A stretch of 64,000 nt of DNA from Nageia nagi (lineage: Eukaryota; Plantae; Pinophyta), in assembly GCA_050084985.1 (NCBI GenBank), contig JBITNC010000001.1, forward strand, positions 184,450,001 to 184,514,000, read 5' to 3'. The notes under the pieces are model-generated. The model was not told where the DNA came from, searched no databases, and saw only the letters and a list, made by a program, of their open reading frames with translations. Both the position numbers and the translations under genes were made by a program. Below are positions 41,261 through 53,695 of the stretch, in pieces. The first letter of the stretch is position 1; every line of letters begins with the position of its first letter.

Positions 41261-42959
41261 GTTAGAACATTAATTAGCCTTAATATAACCAAGAATTTGA
41301 TCAAGATTTATCTTTCACAAAATCAGAGGTTGACTAAAATAGGTAGGTCTTGAACTTACTGTTTGATATTATATGAATCTTGTTCTTCCTAACACCATTA
41401 TTTTAGATCTTCTCCCATGCAAGAAATTAATGAAGTGAATATACCAAAAGGTAATAAAGGAGCATTAAGGAAGACACCAAGTATTAGATATAGATCTAGA
41501 CCAACCACAAGGATATTTCCACTTGTTGTAAAAAAGGATGAAGGAAAGAGAACATCTTGGTTTAACTCCAAGATTTCTCTTGGAGGGACAAAGCCCACAA
41601 GGACCTGTACATTGCTAGCCAATAAGGAAAAAAAAGGAATAATCTATTTCAAGATGTGAAATTTAAATATGAAACATATAATATCCTCATAGGAAATTTT
41701 TCCACCTCAAAATTTTCCATGTATAATTTTTTACATCATAAATTTACAACTCTTTGTTGAAGTAAAACAACAATATACATTAAATTTGTTCAATATAGTT
41801 TAGTTTTATTTGATGTTAGTTATTCATGTATATAATTATGAATTCTAAAATTAACTTTAGTTTTATTTTATGTACCCTATACTTTTTAGTGCAATTTATT
41901 TTTGATTTACCAACTTATAAATTTTGTTTTTTATGGTAGGTTGCTTGAGGAAAGAATAGTGGAAACATATAGGTTTCAGTAAAAAGGAAGAGGTTTAAAT
42001 ATAAATACATAAGAATACCCCAATAAATATATCTACATAACAAGACACTTATGGAGGTTGAAAATTCAAGGGAAAACAATCACATATTTGAAAGCATCTC
42101 ACTACATGGGAATAAAAGGGAGGAGTTGAAATCATGGAAGAAGATATATAAAAAGTATTACAAGGAGCACTATAGTAAATGTATTTATGACTTGAATGAG
42201 ACTATAGATGAGAAAGATCCATTCTAGAATGATTTATATGTGTCCCTTTTCCCACATAATTAAACAATATGCTTCATTCCCACCCTATTTTCCATGTATA
42301 ATCCACAAGAATATTGTGTTTAAAATTGTAATTGTGAGACAAAAATTGTATATGATATGAATATTTGGTATAGACATGAATATTTTTGACATGTATATTT
42401 AACCGTATTTATGATTGTGTACATTTGACTATATTTATTAAGTAAATCTTATTTCATTTATTTTTTAAAATATTTTTGTTAGTAAACATTTGTACAAAAT
42501 AGGCAAAATTGATCATTGTTTACATTGTATTGTCAAGTGAAACATAATAATTGCCTATATATATTGATGGGGTATTTGTGAAAGCCTTAGTTTGTAATGG
42601 TACATAGTCATGGTATTGAACTATTTTTCACAAGTCTTGTACAATTGTAAAGAATAAAGCTTGAGAATTCTGGGCCCAAATTATATGTTGTAATTTCAAT
42701 ATTATTTGATGTAGAATTTGTAATGTCCATGGATATGCTGCTAGAGAAATATGGGTCCAAAATACCAAATAAATTAGTAAGTAATCTCATAAATAAGAAA
42801 TAATAATTCAAAACAATTCATTCATGCTATTAAAATTATTTAGGGATATTTAAGTGGTTATGTCACATTCACAACCACAAATAATGCAATACAAGTCATT
42901 CATGCTATTAAATAATTTTATGACTCTTTCATGAGATCAAAGACTTTTCAGCTTTCAAT

Positions 42960-43107
42960 TGCATATAGATATATCATGGGTGTATATATAGATACATATG
43001 AACATATATATAAATATATTATGGGAATATATTAGATATATGATGGGTGTATATCTATTGTGTTATATTTTGGGTATATATAATGATAGTTTATGGGCAT
43101 ATATATT
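42960..43107. repeat. 3' subterminal repeats of the same tatatcatgggc/gtatata motif
   Basis: About six degenerate copies in the same orientation as 27425-27950, just before the hairpin-CTAG. Confidence 0.8.
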
Positions 43108-43899
43108 AGGGTTCGTGATCAATGAAAGCTCTAGTTTTTGATCTGATATTGAGTAAATATATGAGAAAAAATCATGGTTACCAAGACTTCCATTGGAAAA
43201 TAATGATCTTGGCTTCTATGCTCATTCAATCTCAATTAGGTTGGGGAGATAAAAGGTTCCATATCCTTTTGTGACTCTTTTAAATGGGGATTCTTGTCTC
43301 TAATAATTGTTTTATGAATTCTTTATTCTTTTTTTCACAAGTATCTTTAGTTGCACTTTGTATAGGATATGTTGAGGATTATTGTAAGGCTTTTGTACCT
43401 CATTTTATTATTTATTTCATGTCTTATTTGCAACTCTACACTTTATGATTTTTTGTTAAATTTAAAACAATTTATTTAGGATATTTTCATGTCTACAATT
43501 ATTCATGCCTATTTTTCTCAAGATATTTTCTTTAAGTATAGTTTCATTCATTATCATAATTATTATAATGCATGATAATTAGAAATGCATTTATATGCAT
43601 GAATAATTTAGTGAACAAGTTGGTATATCATAATTGCAAATTGATTTATATGATATTTTATGACCAATTATCATTAATATGCCCATTTTACTACCAACTT
43701 ACAAAACCTGATAATAAACCATTCTTTCACTAATGTTATGATGTAAATAATCTTATAACAAAACAACACTTCCAACATACACAATTGATATCCATAACTA
43801 TCAATAAAATTGATATTATGATGAAACACAATACATTATGGATCTATCAATAAAACTATATAAGAATAGTTGAGGATCCTAAAACAAGCACAAGTTTTT

Positions 43900-46800
43900 G
43901 CAGTTGAGTTATGAATTCACCATTTTGTTTCTTAAAAGTATCACATACATCTACAAATGCAAGTAGAAAGAAGAGTACAAAAATCTCCACTGCAATCCCA
44001 ACTATGAAAGTCACAAGGATCATTACTGTATTTGGTAAAGTTCAATATTGGTATTGACTCTTATGCCCAAATTTTGATTTTGATTCTAATTTTCCCCAAC
44101 ATAAAATTGCTTAGTTATGCTCGAGAATGAAAAATACCTACATGTTGACTCTGAATCTAATTCAACATGATCATTTACATGAAAGAGTAAAAGAAGCATT
44201 TAAATGAACATTTTTAAAAACTAATTTATATGAAAAAATAAATTAAAAAATAAATTCTTTATCTTGAAATTATGTTTTCTTAAGTTGACCACACTTTTTT
44301 AATCTTTGAAAGACATAAATAGGATTTTTTTGGGCATCCACATTTACATCACCCAATTTCATATCTTGGGTCCCACTCTTCTTATTGCATGGATGACTCA
44401 TCCATCTCTTTTTTCTTCTTAAAGATATTTTAGCTATATTAGAATCTTATTGGAATGCAAATTGGTGATAGCTAGCATCCATATCCACAACCATAATTAT
44501 AAACTACCTATTACTTCTACAAGTATCATAAGATTGATCTAACAATGATTTTAACCATGCCTTTCCATCATCAACATATGATATCCTAGGAGATGAAGGA
44601 TAAACATGATATTCTTGACCTTGAGAGCTTTCGATATGAGGTGACATTATGTTGCTACGAGAATAAGATGTATTAGGTGTAGGTATCATTATATTGGTAG
44701 TAAAATGAGTGTTTTCAACACACAAGTTCATGATTTTAAATACATGCTTGCATGTGTTACCTCAGAATACCCACTTGCAATGACATGTATAAGAGTCTTC
44801 ACCTTTGGTGCAGATTCCCTTAGAAGATCCAAATAAATCTCCAAAAAGTAATTGATTTACACAACAAGCAAACCAATGGAAGAATAACCTTTTTTTAACA
44901 CACACTTTATTTTATTCTTCTGAATCTGCACTGCCTTTTTTCAGGTCCGTTACAATAGCTCATATAGCCAAGAGAAAACTTGCACTTCCAAAAAATCACG
45001 AACTATCCAAAAACTCGTACTTACTAAAAATAGAAACTTTCCAAAAATAGACAAATGGAAACTTTCTAAAAATAGAAAGGTCCTCAGATCATGGCCAAAC
45101 TGGGCATGCAAGCTCAGTTAACAAGGACTAAAGGAACTCTCACTTATTATCTTAAACAAACTCTTACAACAAAAGATATTAAAGTCTACTTATTGAAAAA
45201 TCCTGAAAACTGACACTAAAAGCTAATTTTGAGGCACTAAACGATGGATTTAGGTCAATCGGAAAACTTTCCGTTTGGATGCATGCCTCCCATAGGAGGT
45301 TGCCACCGCATGATAAAAACCCATATCTAGCTCTCCTCAAAATTTCAAGATGATCCGACGGTCGGATCAAAAGTTATGAACTTTTTACGGTGCATCAACC
45401 TTAAAGGGTAATAAGATATTGTTTTGATGAATCTATTTGAATCCTCATCTAATATGAACAAACAACACCTTCATGAGGGAGACAATGAGAATTAGGTATC
45501 ATATGAGACTTTTGTATTGCACTCTCTAGAATCTTTTCCTTCTTGTAATTGTTTCAAAATACAAGTATCTTAAATTTATTGAGATTCATATAATATGGCA
45601 AAAGTAGTTCAAAAAGTGTGTAAAGTAATAAATCCTTTATTCTACCATATTTTCTTGCCTTTTGACATAGAAATATAGTTTTCAAAGTACAATGATATGA
45701 ATCTTTATGTGAATTTTTTTGTTGGTTGGAATAAGGAAAATTTTTGTAACTTTTACCCACATACCTATAATAGAAAATGTAGAATCAAATTCACAAATGC
45801 TTGAAAAGTAAAAAAACAAAAAACATGAACATGTTTTTAGTGAACTTATGAATTCTATCACCATCAAACCAAATTCTCAATGAAGTAATTTATAAAATCC
45901 TTCTTGTTATAGAAATCAACATAAAACTTAGATACAACTACTATCATAGATGCATCATCCTTACATTTGGAAACTATTTCATCTAACCTTGAAAATATTT
46001 TTCTTTCAACCTATTTACTTGATGCCTTATTTTAGAAATTATTTAAACAAGATTGTTTCACATACCACACACATACAAAAATGACTAAAACCAAACACTT
46101 TCTTGTATGTATATGCAATAACAAAAATAAATTTTCTAAATGAACATTAGAAAATAAGATTCATAATATTCAGACCTACATTTTTTTTACTTGTTTTACA
46201 AATTTTAAAAATAAAATACATTTCAAAAAATTGATGGCTTAAAGTTTTGGGGCAACACCATTAGTAAGAAAAGCATTCACATGCCAACTTGGTTGACATT
46301 CAAGATAACATTTTTTAATATATTTGTAGCCATTTAGCTATGTCATCAACATTATTTTTGTATGTGATAATCCATGCCACATGTAGACCAGTTTCCTTGG
46401 AATCAAACATAAGCAATGTGTAAAATTAGTACTATAATAATATACAATATAGAAAAATAAACAATACACAAAAATTAATAATATAGATAAATCAATTATA
46501 GATAATAGCAATAATGTAAAACAAACAACAATATAAAAAAAATCAACAATAATTACACCATAAAAATTTGTTTTAATGGTTGAATCCATTGAAATTATGT
46601 TGGTATAAGATAATTCAACCATCTTATCCAACATCCATTTTGTTTGAATATCGATAACAAATTTTTCAATGGCATGATTATAGTCCTTATATATAAAAGA
46701 TATTTTCTTGCTGGCCTAGAACCAATGGTCGATACATGTGGAATCATCTTTAGCCTTTTGCTCATTTCCCCTTTTCAATCTATTGTATATGTTTTGAACA

Positions 46801-47115
46801 TACCCCTTTAAAATGCAAGTGTCTTAAATTGTAGGTACATTTTCAAAATACTCTTTTGTAAATTGCACATTACATATCATATCAATAGAAATACCATCTA
46901 TTAATAAGGATTCAATCAAATAACTAGTCTCTTTCAATATATGTGGAGCAAAATTATCCCTTCCATTTTTTGTTTTGCTTGTATCATACACTCCATGGTA
47001 ATGTTTTCCATCAAGTGTAATATGTTAATATTTACTATATGTAATAAATGCAACTTCAGGTAAACTTTCAAAAATCTTAACAACAAAATGAAATTGATAA
47101 CCCCTTTTATTAGTA
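43900..47115 (-). pseudogene. MULE-type SWIM zinc-finger transposase-like gene (At1g60560-like), intron-containing; continues at 54718-54770
   Basis: KRGYQFHFVVK..FAPHI..IQTKWMLDKMV..ISMDSTIKTNFYG; KSYKNFPYSNQ..DSYHCTLK; SWIM motif CHCKWVF*GNTCKHV at about 44735-44790. Confidence 0.82.
44806..45397 (-). mobile_element. Young solo LTR (592 bp) with 5-bp TSD ACCTT
   Basis: Termini tggtgca...tgcatca; acctt at 44801-44805 and 45398-45402; CpG retained. Strand is inferred. Confidence 0.9.
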
Positions 47116-47584
47116 AAATTTGTTGGAATATATAATGCATTATTTTAAGGTTTTATAAGGTTATTCTTATAAATTCACCAATACTAAAAGGTAGAGACCT
47201 TAAGTATTTAAGTGAATATGATAATGTAATTGTCCTAAACTTCATCTCATGAGCATGCCCCTTGGGTAAAAGGGTGTATCATATCATGAAATTATACATT
47301 GGTTAAAAGTATGATCCAAGGGAGGATTTTGGCCTATAAATATAAATCCCTCTCCTTGAGATCATATACCAAAATTTGAAGCAAAGTTATGCTCGAGGAT
47401 TAATGTTAAGAGAGGAAGAAAGAGGTCTTGTAAGAGAGTTATCTTTGTGAATGAGAAAGATCTTAGTTAGTGGATGCACTCCCATGATTGGAGGAACCAC
47501 TTTATATGAGAGTTAAATTTGTGAGATTGGCTATTATATTTATGCTTTGAGTGTTGATGTTTAAGAGAGCTTTCAAGTGATGTT

Positions 47585-48030
47585 AAGCAAATTCAACATA
47601 TGTAGTTGATTAGTTTGGTAAATAAATTGCAATTGTTATATAGTGAAATTATCTCATATGCCTTAACCTCTTTAATGGAATAAAAATCTACACTTTGGTG
47701 GCTTTGTTGCAATTCTTTTTCCTTAAATATATTGGTAAATAATATTATGGCCTTGGAAATGAAACTTTTGGATCTTGTGCATAATTCAAATTAGTAATAT
47801 ATGCAATTTTTTATGCAAATAAATTATTACCTTCCATAGTTGGAATTTTATTCCCATTTTTTTATGCCACCTTATTTGTTGAAAATCAATATATGATTTG
47901 AATTCTTAACATCTTGCTTTCTTTTTTGAAATTTTATCTTATTTTGGGATTAATGCTAATCTAATTTCATATTTGAGGAGTATATCATTTTTAAAAGTTT
48001 ATCCTATTTTGGAATAATGCTCCTTCCAAT
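47585..48030 (+). repeat. Internal duplication, copy 1 (copy 2 at about 49741-50145)
   Basis: Shared aaaatctacacttt..ttggtaaataatattatggccttgg..aacttttggatcttgtgcataat..aatctaatttcat. Confidence 0.85.
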
Positions 48031-50769
48031 TTCAACCTCACCACTAGTTCTCCTGCTACCCCTTCCCTCCCAATTCTTCCTTTGCTCTATCATGTGCTCC
48101 TCTTCTTGCCTATTTTGTCCCCTCCCTTGTGACTTATGAAACTCCTTCATAAGATATTAAAAGGGCATAAATGCCAATGTTTAAAGGAGGTGGAGGTAGA
48201 AAAATGGCCATCTATTTCTATCTTTGTTAATATAAGATTTTGATTACAGAGGTGGAGGGTATTCTCCTTACAAGAAGAGAGTGAGAGAGACACACGATTG
48301 AGGGTGAATTATGGAAAGGTCAATCATAATGGAGGTAGTTATATGACTAGAGGATACATCTCTATGATAATTTAGGAAACCAAATGCATGGCCACCCTTG
48401 TTGGTACTAATGTTAACATCATGCGCCTCTTTATTATCCACCCAGGTTTGGTGGATGAGCACAATAAATAATTTAAAGCTTGCATGATTCTTATTGAATT
48501 ATCCCTAGGATTAATCCTTTACAATAAAAAATCCATATAAAATATTAAAAAATTGTTATTAATATATTATTTTAGAACCTTTGTTCATCTTCTAAAAAGA
48601 TGTTATTTTGAATTGTAATAGGAGTTTTTCTAAAGGGATTGTAATTGTTTCCTCTTCCTATTATAAAGAGAGGTCTTTTTTTATCCTTTCATAATAAAAA
48701 GGGGGAGGGAATTACTTCTCGAGTGAAGTATTTTTTTTAGATAAATAAGTCTAATTTGTTTTAAATGCTTATGTTTTTTTTTTTTTTTAAATGGGGAGAT
48801 AATTTTTTTAATGAAGAGTTATTTTTTCAAAGGGGGAATGTTTTAAGTGTTTATGTTAAGAAGGAGACATTTTTTAGGAGGAGTTTTTTTTTTCCTTAAG
48901 TAAATAAAATATTTTATAAAAGTGGGGGGAGCCATGTTTTTTACTAAGTTCAAATTTTTAAGTAAAAAGGGGGGACTCCTTATTTTTATTATTACTTAAA
49001 ATTAATGAACTCATGTTTTTTTTTGTAAAGAGGTCCTCTTAGGGTTGATAACAAAACCCATTAGACTCTTAGGTTTCAATTTTGAATGATGTATCATTTT
49101 TTAAGCACTTTAATTAATATTAAGCACTTTGCTTTTATTTTTTGTAAAAATCATAAATATTGAAAGTGCATGCTCTAAAATGAATACATATACATATTTA
49201 TTCTGTAACATGACTTGTTTGAGGAGCCACAAGATGAGGATAAGGAAAACTAGAGCCTTTAGTCTATTGATCCATATGGTTTAAAGTTTGTACTTATTAA
49301 TTTACCCTAAGTCTTATGTTGGTCTAGACACAACTCCATATAGGTGGATATGCATATGTGTATTGATACCACATGTCCACACGTACATTCAGGGATTATC
49401 CTAATAATCTAGGAGGATAACTTAACACCTAATCAAGATAATAATTTAGTCAATCCAACATAAATCACACACTTAAAAAATAACTAATACTTATTCTTCT
49501 AAAAGTATATTGTTGATCAAGGGGAACTAGTTGAGGATTGGTAGGACTTGGGCTCCATCATAGCTTGGATTTCATCACCAAGTATTGCATGAGCGAATTC
49601 AAGTGAGGGCTTAATTTTAAATAAGAAAATAACCTCAAATCTACCCTCACAAGCATGCCTTGTTGATTATTTTTAGTTAAAATTAAACATGTATGATTGA
49701 TTTGAATAAATTCAATATGTTTGATTGATTACCATGATTTAAGCAATTCAACAATATTAGTTGGATAATTTGGTCAAGATATTGTAATTGTTTTACATAG
49801 TGTAATGTTGATTTCATGCTATCTTTTGCCTTCTAAAATCTACACTTTGTTGGCATTATTGCAATTATTTTTCCCAGAATAGATTGGTAAATAATATTAT
49901 GGCCTTGGCAATATAACTTTTGGATCTTGTGCATAATGAAAATTGGCAATATATATAGGTTTTTTTGTGAAAGTGGAATAATTTCTTCCATGGTTGGAAG
50001 TTTATGCCCATATTTTGGATTGATGCTACCTTATTTGTTAAAAATTTATCTATGTTTTGGATTCATATCACCTTACCATTATTTTTTGAAAATTTAATCA
50101 ATTTTAGGATTGATGCCAATCTAATTTCATGTTTGAAAAGTTTATCCTTATATACATTCCTCTTTCTTACTAGAGAGTTATAGTGCGTGGAGTGGTTAAA
50201 AAGGTTCACCCTTTCCCATGACTACAAATTATTATATTGGTTAAAAATATTCATCCTTTTCCAAAATTGCAAACTTTTGGAGGGGTTAAAAAGGTTCATC
50301 CTTATCCAAATTGCAATTTGTGCCACTTTACTTCCAATGTTGGGAAGTTTATCCATTATGGATTAATGCCATTTTTTGGGAAGAATATCCATGTTTATGG
50401 AAATTAAATCTATCTTTATGGATTATGGATTAGTTCCAATTTATTTCTTTCATCATATACATCTTGACTTGTGGCCTTCTTATGATCAAGATGGCATTAT
50501 TTGGGGCATGATCAAGTTAACATGATGTGGCTAGTAAATATTGACTTAGTAAAATTATAAATTTGGATTATTAGATTATGCATAGCTTATGATCTTTTGA
50601 TCAACATATATGTATTTTAATCTTCTCTCAAGTTTAGTACAATATTTGTTTGGGATAATGTAATGCTTAAATGACTTTGAGATTGGAATATTTTAATAGA
50701 AAATAGTTTGACCTTTCTAAAATATGCTTAACCTTAATTTGTTTAAAGTACTTCATATTATGGAAAATT

Positions 50770-53060
50770 AAATCCTTGTGTTGGATTATAAATGCAAAGG
50801 CATATATTTGAGAAGGATAAGGTGATAAGGGCTTCCCAACCTTTTTAATTGGTTTTTTTCAATTTGATGGATTTATCTCAAATCAAGACACTTGGAGGAG
50901 CTTCATATATCCTTACCTTCATCAACAACTTTAGTAGAATGACATTTGGTTATCTACTCAAGCTCAGTATCAAACCCTTGATAGGTTTAAATATTTCAAC
51001 ACCTTAGTTGAAAATTAGACTAACTTCAAGATCAAGATGTTGAGATTTGATAATAGGAGTGAGTATAATAGCAATAAATTCAATGAATATTGTGCCAAAT
51101 ATGGAATCAAGAGGTAGTTCATGATTCCTTACACCCCTTGGTAAAAAGGTGTTGTTGAAAGAGAGAATGGGACCATTCAAGAAATGGCTAGGTGGATGTT
51201 GAGAAATCTCCCTAGTTTCTTATGGGGTGAAGCTATAAACACTACGATCTATACCTTGAATAGGTATCCTATGAAAGAAATTGAAGGCAAAAACATTATA
51301 ATGAGGCATGAACTAGAAAGAAACATATCATCTCTCACCTTAGAGGTTTTTATTGTGATGTCTATACTATTTTTGAGAAAATATTGAAGTTGGAAAAGAG
51401 ATCCAAAAAAACATATTTATGGGATATGATATTCAACAAAGAGGCTATAGTCTCTACTCTCCTTCCTCCCAAGAAGTGTTTATCTTAAATGATGTAAAGT
51501 TCAATGAAATTCTTGAAGAATCATTTTCTAATGAAGATTTTTATGATTTAGATGACTCTTCAGTTGCACTTGATTGGTTGGATATCAATATAGATAAGTC
51601 ACCTAAAGAGAAACATTCTCCAACTCAGAGGATAATAAGAAGTATGAACTTGAACAAATCCTTATCTTCCAAAATTGATAACATAAATGATCCCTCATAA
51701 TTTAAGGAAGATTTAAAGCACTAGTGTTGGATGGATGCCATGAAAATGGAATATGATTCACTTATGACAAATGGAACTTTGAACTTGGTTACTTATCCTA
51801 ATGAATGGGATATGATTGAAAATAAGTGGAATTACAAGGTCAAACTTAATTTAGTTGAAAAATTGAGAAATATAAGGAAAGATTACTAGCCAAGGTTTTG
51901 CTTAGAAATACAAAGTTGATTATGAGAAAACCTTTACTCTTGTGGCAAATATACCCACTATCATGATAATTCTTACTCTTTTAGTAGCACAAGAATGAAA
52001 AGTTTTTCAGCTTAACATCAAAAGTGCCTTTCTCAATAGTGAATTAGATATGTAAATCTACATGAATCAACTAGAAGAGTTTGTTAAGTTAAATTTTTCC
52101 TTTGTATGCAAGCTAAAAAAGTCATTGTATGAACTTAAGTAAGCACTTAGCGCTTGTTATAAAAATATTTTAAGATACTTTACAGATATTAGGTTCTCTA
52201 AGTGCTTCTTAAATTTAGATATATATATATGCTCAATTATGGACAAGACTTGGTCTTCATTCTTTCCTATGTGGATGATCTTTTGATAATTGGAAATAAT
52301 GATGCAATCATCTAAGAGTGCATATCCAAACTTAAAGAAACTTTTAAAATGATTAATATTGGTCTCTTGCACTACTACCTTGGTATGTAAGTATTAAGTA
52401 TATATTAGAGTTATTGCAAAGGTTTATAATGGAGGAGTGGAAACCTATTGTAATCTCATCTCTTACCTCCAACTCTCAGTTGGTATATGCTTCATCTTCC
52501 ATACAAGTAATAGTAGTCTATTTAATGGGACTATCTCTAGGTCAAATATTGCCTTTGCCATAACTCCTATGGTATGATTTATGCAAATACCATATAATGA
52601 GAACTTCAATTTTGTTAAGAAAATATTAATTTATATTACTATAATGAAGGATATTGCTTTCAAGTATTTCAAGTTACCCTCATTTATTCACTTAGGATTC
52701 TTAGATTTTGACTATGAGGTAGATAGAGATGATATAAAATCAACCTTTGCATATGTGTTTAACATTGGTTCAAAAACTATCTCTTGGGCTTCCAAGAAAT
52801 AGCCTATTACTATTATATCCACCATAAATTCTAAATATTGAATCATGTTAGTTTCTTAAAAGAAATTGGGTATGAGCTAGCTCATCCATCTTAGATTTCT
52901 ACAAAACATTAGTTGGTTATTACTTCAATAAAGAACCCTATTTTCTATCAAAAAAAAAACATGTTGAAATCTAAGCACATTTTATCAGGGATAAAGTTCT
53001 AGATGGTATACTAAACTTTTTTGATTTATTCACCAAACCCCTTCTTGAAGTTAGGTTGGT
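50770..53060 (+). pseudogene. Copia pol: integrase, RT, RNase H
   Basis: TLGGASYILTFINNFSR, LRFDNRSEY, PYTPxxxGVVERENGT, LPSFLWGEA (integrase); QLNIKSAFLN, LKKSLYELK, YVDDLLI (RT); STFAYVFNIGSKTISWASKK, KHVEI..HFIRDKV, FTKPL (RNase H). INT-RT-RH order is copia. Confidence 0.93.
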
Positions 53061-53549
53061 GATATTGCTCTCAAGGGGTAGTTAAGGTAACTACTTCATC
53101 CTTAGGAGGGTTATTGTATTATTGATCATTTTATATATATATACATTGGTTATACATTAATCATGCAATAAGTGACTATAATTATTGTCTTGGAATCTTC
53201 ATGATGATTTATAGTGTACCACCAATCCAAGAACATTATATCAAGGAGAATGTTCTTGATGGAACAACTACAACTTTATCCGTCTAACTTTGACTCTCCT
53301 AATTAATTCACTAGACCACTTCAAAAACTAAGTTGTACATACTTTGAAAGTTTCTTATGGTTAGTGAAGTTATCCTCAAGAGGAAATGAAGTTTTATATC
53401 TTATGTTGAATTCATATTTGTGATGATAACATCACACCTAATAGGATTTTTGGTTGTATAGTATTGATCTTTGTGTATAATTTTTGGCTAGTTCTCCTTT
53501 TGTGATGAACTATTAGTACATCTTAAGTATATAATAGATCATAATTAGC

Positions 53550-53695
53550 ATTATTTAGTTATCCATATGGGAGGAACTTGTATGTGCATATGATGAATAT
53601 TTTTTACACTATTTAGTTATCTATATGTGAGGAACTCATATGTGTCTTTTGGCAGTATTCAGTTATCCATATGTGAGGAACTTGTATGTGCATTT
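53550..53695. repeat. Three copies of tatttagttatccatatg(g/t)gaggaact in the copia 3' region
   Basis: Directly visible; 53167-53225 also resembles 53741-53797. Confidence 0.8.

Larger units (their letters stand above)
27277..43134 (+). mobile_element. Non-autonomous Helitron with captured gene fragments and a nested gypsy
   Basis: 3' end gggttcgtgatcaatgaaagctCTAG|T (decayed hairpin plus CTAG before T); 5' end in a (TA)n run followed by acatgttgc (exact TC start not visible); same-orientation tatatcatgggcatata repeats near both ends; no RepHel seen. Confidence 0.65.
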
